Source of the DNA: Candidatus Latescibacterota bacterium
GTDB lineage: Bacteria; Latescibacterota; UBA2968; UBA8231
DNA length: 64,000 nt
Assembly: GCA_965200315.1 (NCBI GenBank)
Contig: OZ241362.1
Location: 224,001-288,000, forward strand
Reading direction: 5' to 3'
Part shown: piece by piece, positions 27,112 through 37,166 of the stretch
Layout of the letters: every line of letters starts with the position of its first letter
Position numbering within the stretch: position 1 is the first letter of the stretch
Position numbers and translations under genes: made by a program
Notes under the pieces: generated by a model
What the model saw: only the letters and a program-made list of their open reading frames with translations
Databases searched by the model: none
What the model was told of the DNA's origin: nothing

Positions 27112-27858
27112 ATGAGGATACGGAACATCGCAACGAGCGGGCTTTTGTCGGCTCTTTATCTGTTCGCGCTTGTCGGGTGCATCTCACAGGTGGGGCTGCG
27201 GCGCTTTGCAACGTCTCCCGAGCCCGTTCCTCAACAATACGAGGCCATGACCGTCCTCGACGACGGGACGATTGTCTACGCCAAGGATCGCTTGGAGATC
27301 TCGCTACAGGTGTTGGATGACGGATTCCTCAATCGCCAGTTCGCGGCGGATTCAAGAAAGGGTGCTGAATCAACCAATCCATACACCTATGGCAATTGGA
27401 AGCCTTGGGGCCAAGACTGGACTCCAGAGCGCTTTACCGTGGTCTTGCTAAAGGTCAAAAACTACGAGTATCCCAAGGTTTTCATCGACCCCAAGGCGCT
27501 CGTGATCACCACGTCGAACAGCCGAGTGTACAATGCACTCGACAGCGGACAGCTCGAAGATCTCTTCAGCCCGTATCTGCGGGCTTATACCGGCAACCAG
27601 CGGCGGCAGTTTGAGGCTACCACCGACCTGCTCAAACGCACCGTCTATCGGCCCGACATGATCTTTTCTGGCCAAGAGGAAGAAGGATATATCGTTTTCC
27701 CGGTTTTGCACAAAGACGTGAGCAACTTCACCATCAGTGTGTCGGACGTGGCCGTGCGGTTCGACTACAAGGGCGAACCGGTGGAGACGATTGACCTAGC
27801 ATTCAAATTTCAACGCGAAATTTACCACGCACTTCATCCGCACGCGGAGACGCCGTAA
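27112..27858 (+). CDS. Hypothetical lipoprotein
   Basis: Lipobox LVGC; RBS AGGAAGG; stop overlaps the next start. Confidence 0.8.
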   Translation: MRIRNIATSGLLSALYLFALVGCISQVGLRRFATSPEPVPQQYEAMTVLDDGTIVYAKDRLEISLQVLDDGFLNRQFAADSRKGAESTNPYTYGNWKPWGQDWTPERFTVVLLKVKNYEYPKVFIDPKALVITTSNSRVYNALDSGQLEDLFSPYLRAYTGNQRRQFEATTDLLKRTVYRPDMIFSGQEEEGYIVFPVLHKDVSNFTISVSDVAVRFDYKGEPVETIDLAFKFQREIYHALHPHAETP

Positions 27859-29819
27859 TGAATCGGGGGACGGCCCGCATTGCGGCGCTGTTGTTCGCCT
27901 TGTGCACCTGTGTGCAGTGGCTCAGCGCCGACGAATGGGTCCTCGGAGGGGATGGATTCCCTTGGCGTGATCTTGTCCAGGTCCGCGCCCAGATCGACGA
28001 CCAGAGCAGCCCCGGCGCGATTCAACTCCGAGGCTTTACGCCCGACGAGAACATCATCGCCACGCTCTCTTGGAAATACGGCAAGCCCAACGACTTAGTC
28101 AGCGAGGGCAATGCGGCGCTGTGGGATAATACGGCGGCTAGGAATTCCATTTCGCTGTCGATTGTCGATGGCGATGACACCACAAGCACGGCAGACCTTT
28201 TTAAAACCGCTGGCGTTGATCAAGACGGGCGCACGTTCTTTTTGGACATAGGCTCGCGCGTGCCAGCCGACAGCTTGGTTTTCTTTCCCCGGCAAGAGGG
28301 GACATACGCCAACGGCAAGCCCTTTAGCGAGGACTTTGTTCGCAAGCACCGGATTTCCGTCAGCGATGGGCTGACGTACGTGAACGAACAGCCGCTTTTC
28401 ACCTTGCTGCGCGACGTCCCGGTGAACCCCAACAGCGTGTTCACCATGAAATTTCCCCAGCAGTTCATTCGTTTTATTCAGTTGCGCGTGGGGTCGCGGA
28501 GCCCCTTTGAGATTGCCGAATTTGAACTCTACGGCAACGGCTTCGTGCCGCGGGCTACGTACCGGAGTCAAGTTATTGACTTGGGCGAGGTCTCCAACTA
28601 TGGCACCATATCTTGGGCCCAGCGGGCGCTGGAGTTGGTGGACGGCGAGTTGATCGAGTTGCCGGATCTGGGGCAGACCTCGGTCGCGGTGCGCATGAAG
28701 ACGGGCCAAGACGACAGCCCGCTGGTTCACTTCCAAAAGGTTGTTGATGACGAAACGCGGGCCGTGAGCCAAGTAGTGGTCTCGGAAGCGGATTACAACA
28801 AGCTGCCTTCGGGCGAGAAGGGCGATATCGAGAACGACGCTGATAACTGGAGTCCTTGGTCGTTGCCGCTCGAATCCGGGCAATTGATTCCGCTGCCTAG
28901 TCCGCGTCCCTATTTTCAGCTACAGATCATCATGGAGAGCCAAGCCGTGACGCAGACGGTGCGCATCGATTCGTTGCGGATTGAGCATTCGCTACCCTCG
29001 GCTGCTGCAGTCGTCGGCGAGATCTCCTTGGCCGACGAGCCCAACCCACCGACCGACATCGGCGTAATCGACAAAGACGATGCCGTTGTGCTGCCGAGCA
29101 TCGACGGGGGTGAAGAGGTGCTCTTCGCCTATGATGTGCGAGCCACAATAAACAGCAACCAGAACGGCTTTGATGCTTTGCGCATCGATACGCCGACGCC
29201 AGCGCGCTTTGTCGGCTTGCAGATGGGCGATCCGCTCGAGCCTGTGGAGCCAGATCGCGTGAACGCGGACGACAGAAGCATTGAAGTGATCTTCACTAGC
29301 AACAAGATCTCCTTTGACAACAATGTGCCGCTACGTGTGCTCTTTGAGGGATCAACCGTGGTATTCGGCACGATTTTCACCGGCGCGGTCTGGGATACTC
29401 AGTCCGATATTCTCGGCCAGCCCGTGCTCGAAGGCGATGCCAATTTCGACGTCAGCACCAACTCGCTGCGCGTGGCCCTGACCCAGAAGTCCGTGGGCGA
29501 AATCGTCCGTGCTATAGAGTTTAACCCTTCGGTCTTCACGCCGAATGGAGATGGCATCAACGACCACATCGCCATCAAGTACACCGTAATTCAGATCTCC
29601 GAGCCTAAGCCCATTGAGGTGGCCATTTACGACTTGGCGGGTCGGCTGGTGCGCGTGCTGGCCGACCGCGAGCAGCCTGGCGGGATTTACACCGAGCTGT
29701 GGGATGGGCGAAGCGGTGCAGACGAGGCCGTGCCCCCGGGCAGTTACGTGGTCTCGCTCTCGGTTAATAGCGGAATTGGCAACTTCAGGCGAGTCGGCGT
29801 CGTCGGCGTGGCCTATTGA
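27858..29819 (+). CDS. Secreted protein with discoidin-like region and FlgD-Ig/T9SS type B-like CTD (paralog 1)
   Basis: Signal peptide; IVDGD, FLDIG, WSPWS, GFDALRI, FTPNGDGIND and WDGR motifs; ends GVAY. Confidence 0.82.
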   Translation: MNRGTARIAALLFALCTCVQWLSADEWVLGGDGFPWRDLVQVRAQIDDQSSPGAIQLRGFTPDENIIATLSWKYGKPNDLVSEGNAALWDNTAARNSISLSIVDGDDTTSTADLFKTAGVDQDGRTFFLDIGSRVPADSLVFFPRQEGTYANGKPFSEDFVRKHRISVSDGLTYVNEQPLFTLLRDVPVNPNSVFTMKFPQQFIRFIQLRVGSRSPFEIAEFELYGNGFVPRATYRSQVIDLGEVSNYGTISWAQRALELVDGELIELPDLGQTSVAVRMKTGQDDSPLVHFQKVVDDETRAVSQVVVSEADYNKLPSGEKGDIENDADNWSPWSLPLESGQLIPLPSPRPYFQLQIIMESQAVTQTVRIDSLRIEHSLPSAAAVVGEISLADEPNPPTDIGVIDKDDAVVLPSIDGGEEVLFAYDVRATINSNQNGFDALRIDTPTPARFVGLQMGDPLEPVEPDRVNADDRSIEVIFTSNKISFDNNVPLRVLFEGSTVVFGTIFTGAVWDTQSDILGQPVLEGDANFDVSTNSLRVALTQKSVGEIVRAIEFNPSVFTPNGDGINDHIAIKYTVIQISEPKPIEVAIYDLAGRLVRVLADREQPGGIYTELWDGRSGADEAVPPGSYVVSLSVNSGIGNFRRVGVVGVAY

Positions 29820-29878
29820 TGGTTGATTATGGTGTTGGCGGTACTGACCGGTAAAAATTCAAAAGGGAGGATTCCAGC

Positions 29879-32509
29879 GTGAAGTGCATGCTCTACGCAG
29901 CAGTTGTCACAGCCGGTGTCGCGCTCCTGTGCGATGCAGCTTTTGCCCAACGGGTCGGCTTTCTGACCGGACGCGAACCGCGCGGCGTGGATGTCTATGA
30001 GATGGCGATGACACCGGCGCAGCGAAAGTGGCAATATCCGCAAAGCCTATACCACTTCTACCGTTGGACTGGCGAGGAGTACAGCAATTACGCCCGCCAA
30101 AACTACGAGCGCTACGTATCTACCGAGCTTGAAGGCTTTCGCACCTACGACCTCTACGGGAACTATATCACTCGTGGTTTCGAGGTGTACAACTGGTCCA
30201 TGGACAGTCCAGTAACTTCGGGCAGCACGGTGCGCAAGGGACCCAAATACAGTGGGTGGTTTCAAAGCTTAATCGTCTCGTCGATGTCCAAGGGACAGTT
30301 TTATTCCTCGATGACCATTGGCGACGCCTTGCGCACCACCCTGACGCCGCTGACCTTTTCCAAGCCAACCTTTAATGGCGTCCAGTGGGACTTTGCCGCC
30401 GATAAGTACCAGATGACTCTCTTGGCATCGCGCTTGGCCTCCCCGGGCACACGCGTAGATAATGAAAGTTCGCTTGGACAGATCCTAGGCGACATGACAA
30501 ACCTCTTCGGTGCGCACTCCAAAGTGCAGCTCGGGGATTTTTCTAAGTTGGGCTTTACCTATCTGAACATTGCCAACTTCTCTACAGGTCGCAAGCTGGG
30601 TGATAACTCGCTCAAAGGCGTGTTGACCGAGGCCCAAAACGGCGGCAACGTCGAGACGATCGTCCTGCGGCTCTCGGACGATTCGCCCGAAGACGGCGTA
30701 GGCGGTGCTCAGCTTTTTTCCGAACGCATTATCATCAACGGAGTTGATCATCCCGAAATCGTGCCCTCGCCGCGCGGTGGTGTGCGGCGCGCCGGCGTCA
30801 TTGAGGCCAATGGTGCTGAGACGTTGGAACTGACCTTTAATATTGCCCGCGACTTCCGCCAACAGCCCGATGACGAGATCACCACGTTTCAGGAGATCAG
30901 CGAAATCGAGTTCGAGCTGGTCATCGCCAACGACTACCGGATCGAAATCACCTCCAATCTGCAAGTCAATGCCCAGGGTGAGCCGGTGTTCTTGGAAGTC
31001 GAGCGCGCCCACGGCAACGTCAGCGATGGTTCGAACCAGCGCTTCATCCGCTTTAAATACGGCCTGCCCACCGGCAAGGACATCATCGGACTCAACTTTG
31101 ATATAGACGATATCAAGGGCTTCAATATGCGCTCGGAGCTTGCTTTCAGCCGGGCGTTTCGCCGCTTCCCCAACCAGAACTTCCAAGAGCACGCTGTCGC
31201 CCAAGACGACGGTTTAGCCTACTACCTTACGGCCTCGCAGGACGCATATCCGTTCTTTGCGTACGGAGAATTCTATCGTCTGGAGCCTGAGTACCAGACC
31301 AATGCGTTCATCTCGGATGCACGGGGTTTTATCGACTACGAACATCCAGAGCGCTATTCCTTTGAGGCCGTTGATGACAACGACGACCAAGACCGCTTTG
31401 CCGACTGGAAACGCCTGTGGCACAACGGCGACTTCGCCTTTGGCCAAACGCCTTTTGGCACAGGCGGCGCAGCCGACCCGCAGGTCTTTCCTGGGTACGA
31501 CGAGAACGCGGACTTCATCTCGGATTTTAACCAAAACGACAACAGCCATCCGGATTTCGCCGAGCCGTTTCTGCGCTACAACGTCGATCCACCTGAGTTT
31601 CTCTTTGGCGTTGACATGAACAACAACAACGTCATCGACCGCTTTGAGAACGATAACTTTGCCGACTATCCCTACCGACACGATCGCGATGGCTACAACG
31701 TGTACGGAGGCGTTCACTTGACCGAAGCCATCAAGGTGACTCTGGGCTACTCCACGGCCGACGAAATCAGTTCCAAGCGCAACGCGCAGATGAGCTATGC
31801 GGTAGTCACGGGCGAGTGGAAATGGCCGGGCATTGAGGCTCGGGCTTTCCAGTACGCTCGCTCGGTCCAAGACGACATCGAAGACGATGTGATCCAATGG
31901 GTCGATCCAGATGGATTTCGCGAAACCATTGACCCACTGATCGCCCAAGACACCTTTGTCTGGACCGGCTATCTGACGTTCGATTACCTGCGCCTTAAAA
32001 ACCTGAATATCTACAACAAGGTGAAGTACGATTGGTTCAGGCAGCGCGGCGAGCAGGCCGAAGTCAAAGACAATCGCCTCTTTTTTGGCGCGATTAACAA
32101 GGTGGATTATCCACTGTCGATTACCGACAACCTGTCTTTCTGGCCGCGCTACAAGAGCGTCTTCCGCAAGATCAACCCGACCTTTAGCACTGACCTCGAC
32201 ATCACCGAGTGGTCGCAGTTTTACATGCTGACCTCGAAGTACTTCCTCCTGCCCGGGACCTTTATCGAATACGGTGTCGAGTTCAACCTCTTTCGCAACC
32301 TCGAAGAGCGCCCAGAGATTTTGCCACCTGGGTACGCGGATGACTTCACGGGTTCGGTGCTCGCCTTGCAGTTTTCCAACAAGTCGGCGTACCACGGTTA
32401 TGCACTAACTATGAACACAGGTTTTCGCTGGGAGCGTCAGGCCTTTGCTGAAGCGACCGAAACGAACACCCTGCTCTTCATTCGGGCTTTCGTAGGTGTC
32501 CAAGAATAG
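29879..32509 (+). CDS. Large secreted protein, putative outer-membrane beta-barrel with acidic Ca-binding-like loops
   Basis: Signal peptide (AFA-Q); many alternating aromatic/hydrophobic strands in the C-terminal third; DENADFISD and DMNNNNVID loops. Confidence 0.7.
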   Translation: MKCMLYAAVVTAGVALLCDAAFAQRVGFLTGREPRGVDVYEMAMTPAQRKWQYPQSLYHFYRWTGEEYSNYARQNYERYVSTELEGFRTYDLYGNYITRGFEVYNWSMDSPVTSGSTVRKGPKYSGWFQSLIVSSMSKGQFYSSMTIGDALRTTLTPLTFSKPTFNGVQWDFAADKYQMTLLASRLASPGTRVDNESSLGQILGDMTNLFGAHSKVQLGDFSKLGFTYLNIANFSTGRKLGDNSLKGVLTEAQNGGNVETIVLRLSDDSPEDGVGGAQLFSERIIINGVDHPEIVPSPRGGVRRAGVIEANGAETLELTFNIARDFRQQPDDEITTFQEISEIEFELVIANDYRIEITSNLQVNAQGEPVFLEVERAHGNVSDGSNQRFIRFKYGLPTGKDIIGLNFDIDDIKGFNMRSELAFSRAFRRFPNQNFQEHAVAQDDGLAYYLTASQDAYPFFAYGEFYRLEPEYQTNAFISDARGFIDYEHPERYSFEAVDDNDDQDRFADWKRLWHNGDFAFGQTPFGTGGAADPQVFPGYDENADFISDFNQNDNSHPDFAEPFLRYNVDPPEFLFGVDMNNNNVIDRFENDNFADYPYRHDRDGYNVYGGVHLTEAIKVTLGYSTADEISSKRNAQMSYAVVTGEWKWPGIEARAFQYARSVQDDIEDDVIQWVDPDGFRETIDPLIAQDTFVWTGYLTFDYLRLKNLNIYNKVKYDWFRQRGEQAEVKDNRLFFGAINKVDYPLSITDNLSFWPRYKSVFRKINPTFSTDLDITEWSQFYMLTSKYFLLPGTFIEYGVEFNLFRNLEERPEILPPGYADDFTGSVLALQFSNKSAYHGYALTMNTGFRWERQAFAEATETNTLLFIRAFVGVQE

Positions 32510-32533
32510 GGGATACTATTTCTCTATGGATTC

Positions 32534-32573
32534 AAAGCGCCCGGCGTTCTCTGGCGGAGATGCCGGGCGCTTT
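32534..32573 (+). terminator. GC-rich hairpin (intrinsic terminator or mRNA stabiliser)
   Basis: AAAGCGCCCGGC...GCCGGGCGCTTT 12-bp perfect arms directly after the 876-aa gene. Confidence 0.7.
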
Positions 32574-32586
32574 ACTGCCTAACAAC

Positions 32587-33831
32587 ATGGACATGCGTCT
32601 TGCCGTGGTGTGGATAGGGATAATTGCCCTCCTCGGAGAGATCGGCTGTGGCTCCTCGGAACGCCACGTCCTCAAAAAGCCCGCCACGCCCCGGCCCCTC
32701 GCGTTCTACCAACACGCCTACGAGCAAAATCCCGCAGATTCTGAGGTTCTCTTGGCCTTGGGATGGGTCTACCTGCAAAAGGACCGCACGCGCCGCGCCG
32801 TTGACGTGCTGTCCGAACTGGTCGCGATCGCGCCCGACGACGCGGATGCCCACTACTATCTCGGGGTTGCCCTCGCCAAAGAGCACCGCAAGAGCGAGGC
32901 CATAGCTACCTTTAAGCACGCACTCGAAAAAGCGCCGGGCTTTGCCGAAGTGTACTGGGCCTTGGCGCTGCTGTACAACGAGCGCGGCGACGGATACGAA
33001 AAGGCGCTTGCAACGGCCGCAGAGGGGCTACAACTGGCCGGGCAGAGCGGCTATGGGCACTTCGTGTTGGGCTTTGTGTTGTGCTCGCGCGGCGACAATG
33101 AAAACGCCAAGACCGCGCTACTGAAGGCCATTGAACTCAACCCCGACTTGGCCCACGCTCACTACTACTTGGCGTTGGTGTACTTGCGCTTGCAGGACGA
33201 TCCGCGGGCCATGGCGGCCATGGAGCAGACCATTGCCACAGACCCGGGCTACACCTCGGCCTATTACAGCTTGGGCACGCTCTATGCGCGCACGGGCCGC
33301 GACGCTGAGGGAGCGCGAATGATCGAGCTTTTCCAGCAGTTGAGTAGCGCGACGATGGACGAGGATCACTACCGCCGCTTGCTCTATCGCCAGGCCGTGC
33401 CGCTGGCGGCCAATAAGCGGGCGGCCACGCATTTCAACTTGGGGTTGGTGCATTTGCGCCGAAAGGAGTTGGCGGCGGCACTCGAGCAGTTCGAGGCGGC
33501 CTTGGCCCTCGATTCCACGTATGCGGAGGCCAGCCACAACATCGGGGTGATCTATTCGCTGCAAGAGCAACACGCGGCTGCTCGGCCCTTTTTGCTGCGT
33601 GCGGTCCGCCACAAGCCCGACTACGCGTTGGCCTTTGAAAACATAGGCAACAACAGCTTGGCCCTCGGCGAGTACGCAGAGGCGGTCGCTGCGTTTCACC
33701 GCGCCTTGTCCCTCGACGGGAGCATGGTCTCAGCCCTCGACGGCTTGGGGACTGCGCTAATCCAGCAGGGCCAAGTGGCAGAAGGCCACGCGGCTCGTGC
33801 CGAGGCCGCAGCCTTGAGGGCGCAACAGTAA
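32587..33831 (+). CDS. TPR-repeat protein (probable lipoprotein)
   Basis: IGC lipobox-like signal; repeated AHYYLG/AYYSLG/HFNLG TPR units; start placed after the hairpin. Confidence 0.88.
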   Translation: MDMRLAVVWIGIIALLGEIGCGSSERHVLKKPATPRPLAFYQHAYEQNPADSEVLLALGWVYLQKDRTRRAVDVLSELVAIAPDDADAHYYLGVALAKEHRKSEAIATFKHALEKAPGFAEVYWALALLYNERGDGYEKALATAAEGLQLAGQSGYGHFVLGFVLCSRGDNENAKTALLKAIELNPDLAHAHYYLALVYLRLQDDPRAMAAMEQTIATDPGYTSAYYSLGTLYARTGRDAEGARMIELFQQLSSATMDEDHYRRLLYRQAVPLAANKRAATHFNLGLVHLRRKELAAALEQFEAALALDSTYAEASHNIGVIYSLQEQHAAARPFLLRAVRHKPDYALAFENIGNNSLALGEYAEAVAAFHRALSLDGSMVSALDGLGTALIQQGQVAEGHAARAEAAALRAQQ

Positions 33832-35532
33832 ATGTGGTTTGTACTAGTTGCTATTTGGGCATTAGCAGGGTGTGGGGGAGACAGAGGCGAAGCGGCGCGG
33901 CCCAGTTTCGTCGATGTAGCCGCCGAAGCGGGAGTCCAATTGCGCACCGTATCTGGGACGCCGCAAAAAGAGCACATCGTCGAATGCAATACGGGCGGGA
34001 CAGCCCTTTTAGACTACGACCTCGACGGAGACGTGGATATTTTTATCGTCAACGGCTCGCGTATCGCCGGATACGCCCCGGGCCGCGAACCCCGCGCCGA
34101 GCTGTACCGCAACGACGGCGCTTGGTGCTTTACCGGCGTTGGCCGAGAAGCTGGCGTCGCGCACGTGGGCTGGGGCATGGGGGGCACGGCGGCTGACTAC
34201 AACGCCGATGGATGGCCCGATCTGTACTTGGCGAACTACGGTCCCAATGCCCTGTACGAAAACGAGGGCGACGGCACGTTCGTCGATGTGGCGGCCGAGC
34301 GGGGCGTGGACTTTAGCGGCTGGAGCTCGTCTGCGGCCTTCGGAGACTATGACCTCGACGGCGACTTGGACTTTTACTTGGCGAATTACATCGACTTTGA
34401 TCCGGCGTTTCGCCCGGTTGATCCGAGCTATTGCACCTGGCGCGGGATAGACGTATTCTGCGGCCCGCGCGGGATGCCGGGCGAGCGAGATCAATTCTAT
34501 CGTAACGACGGCCCAAGTGCGGGTTGGACCTTTGCCGAGGCGAGTGCGGCGTTTGGCATTGCCGACTACGAGTACTATGGTTTTGCCGCGCTGGCCGGCG
34601 ACTGGGATGAGGACGGCGACTTGGACATCTACATTGCCAATGATTCGACGCCGAATGTACTCTACCGCAACGACCAAGGTACATTTGCGGATGTATCGCT
34701 CCTGTCGGCCACTGCGTACAGCGAGGACGGCCGCGAACAGGGCGGCATGGGTTTGGCGAGCGGCGACTACGACCAAGACGGCGATTTCGACTTGTTCGTC
34801 ACTAATTTCTCGCACGATAACAACTCGCTCTACGACAACAATGGCCGGGGATTTTTCACCGACGCCAGTTTTAGTTCGGCCCTAGGCCGCGCGAGCATTA
34901 GCTCTTTGGGGTGGGGGACGGGTTTTTTCGATTACGACAACGATGGCGACGACGACCTGTTTGTCGCCAACGGCCATGTGTACCCGGCTGTTGATCGCCG
35001 CGACTTGGGAACCCGCTACGCCCAGCGCAACCACCTGTTTGAGAATCGCGACGGCGCATTTGTCGAAGTAGGTGTAGCCTCAGGTCCGGGCCTAACGGTG
35101 GAAAAGTCGAGTCGCGGCTCGGCCTTCGGCGATTTGGACAACGACGGCGACTTGGACCTTGTGGTGGTCAATATCGACGACACGCCGACCTTGCTGCGCA
35201 ACGACCGAGGCAATCACCGCAACTATCTGATGGTCAGGCTGCTAGGTGCTGAGGGCAATACAGATGCCATTGGTGCGCGAGTTGTCGTAGCGGTGGGGGG
35301 GGCGGTGCAGATGCGGGAGGTGCGCGCGGGCACGGGCTACCTGTCGCAGGACGACCTGCGGCTACACTTCGGCTTGGGGATGGCGACCGAGGCCGATCAC
35401 CTCGTAGTGCGCTGGCCCGATGGGGTGGAAGAGCGCATAGATGGGGTGGCGGGCAATCGGCTGATCACCATCCGGCGCGGTACGGGCCTCGTCGCCGAGG
35501 GGTTTGGACCTGTGTCGAGGCTGAGGCCGTGA
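33832..35532 (+). CDS. CRTAC1 family protein (FG-GAP/VCBS repeats plus ASPIC/UnbV), lipoprotein
   Basis: LAGC; repeated DYDxDGDxD; C-terminal AIGARV..GYLSQ..LHFGLG..VRWP. Confidence 0.92.
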   Translation: MWFVLVAIWALAGCGGDRGEAARPSFVDVAAEAGVQLRTVSGTPQKEHIVECNTGGTALLDYDLDGDVDIFIVNGSRIAGYAPGREPRAELYRNDGAWCFTGVGREAGVAHVGWGMGGTAADYNADGWPDLYLANYGPNALYENEGDGTFVDVAAERGVDFSGWSSSAAFGDYDLDGDLDFYLANYIDFDPAFRPVDPSYCTWRGIDVFCGPRGMPGERDQFYRNDGPSAGWTFAEASAAFGIADYEYYGFAALAGDWDEDGDLDIYIANDSTPNVLYRNDQGTFADVSLLSATAYSEDGREQGGMGLASGDYDQDGDFDLFVTNFSHDNNSLYDNNGRGFFTDASFSSALGRASISSLGWGTGFFDYDNDGDDDLFVANGHVYPAVDRRDLGTRYAQRNHLFENRDGAFVEVGVASGPGLTVEKSSRGSAFGDLDNDGDLDLVVVNIDDTPTLLRNDRGNHRNYLMVRLLGAEGNTDAIGARVVVAVGGAVQMREVRAGTGYLSQDDLRLHFGLGMATEADHLVVRWPDGVEERIDGVAGNRLITIRRGTGLVAEGFGPVSRLRP

Positions 35533-37166
35533 AGGCGCACTACGGAATGGTCCTGCTGCTTTGTTGCAATGCCGCAGCGGAATCGCGCTTTGTCGATATC
35601 ACGCAATCGGCTGGGGTCGATTTCGTCCACCACAGCGGTGCAACCGGGGCGCGCTATTTGCCCGAGGCTTATGGCTCTGGGGCCGCGTTTTTGGATTTCG
35701 ATGGCGATGGCGCACTCGACCTGTACTTGGTCAACGCCGGGCGACTGCCTCAGCTATCAAACGAGCCTGAGGCGACCAACGCGCTTTTTCGCAACGAAGG
35801 TGCGGGCCGCTTCTCAGAACAGACGGCACGAGCGGGCGTCGGCGACCAAGGCTACGGAATGGGGGCGACCGTGGGCGACTACGACAACGACGGCTGGGCC
35901 GACCTCTACGTCACCAATTTTGGGCCCAACGCGCTCTTCAACAATCGCGGCGAGGGTCGCTTTGCCGACGTTACAGCTACCGCCAACGTGGGTTGCCCGG
36001 GATGGGGGACGAGTGCGGCCTTTGCCGACGTGGATCTCGACGGGGATTTGGACCTATTCGTCGGCAACTACCTCGACTATCCGACCGAAAATCCGCTCGT
36101 GTGCCGGATCGGCAATAGCGAGGAGCGGCTCTACTGCGACCCGCGCAAGTTCGACGGTCAGGTCGATCGCCTCTATATCAACGAGGGCCGCGTAGGTAGT
36201 TGGGCTTTTGCCGACCGCACGGAGGCCTTCGGCCTCGCTAGCACTGCTGGCAAGGAGTTGGGGGTCGTCTTTGGCGACTACGATCAAGACGGCGATCCCG
36301 ACCTGTACTTGGCCAACGACCTCGTGCCCAACATGCTCTATCGCAACGACGGCGCGCGCTTTGTCGATCGGGGTCTTGCCAGCGGCACCAGCCTCAACGG
36401 CGAAGGGGTTGCCGAGGCCGGGATGGGCGTTGACATGGCCGATGCAGATGGCGATGGCGACTTGGATTTGTTCGTGACCAACTTCCAGTGGGAGAGCAAT
36501 ACCCTGTACAGCAACTTGGGTGGGGGATTTTTTGCCGACGCGACCGTGGCGTCGGGCATCACCCGCGCCAGCATGGCCTTTCTCGGGTTTGGTACGGGAT
36601 TTTTCGACTGCGACAATGACGGTGATCTCGACCTGTTTGTCGCCAATGGCCACGTGTACGACAACGTAGAAAAGGTCGATCGAGCGGCGGCGTACGCGCA
36701 GCGCAATCAGCTACTCGAAAATATCGGTGAGGGCATCTTTGTTGATCGCAGCGACCGCGGCCCGGGCCTCGCGCTGGTGCAGGTTAGTCGCGGGGCTGCG
36801 TTCGGCGATATCGACGGCGACGGCGACTTGGATATTGTGGTGAACAACTCCAACGAGCGACCCGCTCTATTGCGCAACGACGCAGATGGCGGTGGGTGGT
36901 TGGGGCTTAGGCTGCGGGGCTCGGTGAGCAATCGCGACGCCATTGGGGCGCGGATCGCGCTGACGACCGGTGGCCGTACCCTCGTGCGCGAGGTTCGCCG
37001 CAGCGCGAGCTATCTGTCGTCGAACGACCCCCGCGTGCTCTTTGGCCTTGGGAATGCCGCGGTCGCCGAGCGGGTTGAGATCCGCTGGCCGTCCGGTGTC
37101 ATCCAAGTTGTCGAGGCCCTGCCCGGGCGGCAATACGCGGCCATAGAGGAGGATACTAGTCGGTGA
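35529..37166 (+). CDS. CRTAC1 family protein (FG-GAP plus ASPIC/UnbV)
   Basis: Repeated DxDGDGDLD; AIGARI..SYLSSND..FGLG..IRWPSG. Confidence 0.92.
   Translation: MKAHYGMVLLLCCNAAAESRFVDITQSAGVDFVHHSGATGARYLPEAYGSGAAFLDFDGDGALDLYLVNAGRLPQLSNEPEATNALFRNEGAGRFSEQTARAGVGDQGYGMGATVGDYDNDGWADLYVTNFGPNALFNNRGEGRFADVTATANVGCPGWGTSAAFADVDLDGDLDLFVGNYLDYPTENPLVCRIGNSEERLYCDPRKFDGQVDRLYINEGRVGSWAFADRTEAFGLASTAGKELGVVFGDYDQDGDPDLYLANDLVPNMLYRNDGARFVDRGLASGTSLNGEGVAEAGMGVDMADADGDGDLDLFVTNFQWESNTLYSNLGGGFFADATVASGITRASMAFLGFGTGFFDCDNDGDLDLFVANGHVYDNVEKVDRAAAYAQRNQLLENIGEGIFVDRSDRGPGLALVQVSRGAAFGDIDGDGDLDIVVNNSNERPALLRNDADGGGWLGLRLRGSVSNRDAIGARIALTTGGRTLVREVRRSASYLSSNDPRVLFGLGNAAVAERVEIRWPSGVIQVVEALPGRQYAAIEEDTSR

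Noticed and set aside
25970-32395. Long antisense ORFs (25970..26869, 28095..28883, 30485..31204, 31214..32395)
   Set aside because: Shadows of strongly codon-biased plus-strand genes in GC-rich DNA; the same applies to most other overlapping ORFs in the track.
29879-32509. SusC/TonB-dependent receptor or BamA
   Set aside because: No recognisable plug, TonB box, POTRA domain or terminal aromatic residue.
33832-37166. Recurring GACxxCGACGGCGACTTGGAC nucleotide repeats
   Set aside because: Explained by FG-GAP protein repeats, not a DNA repeat array.
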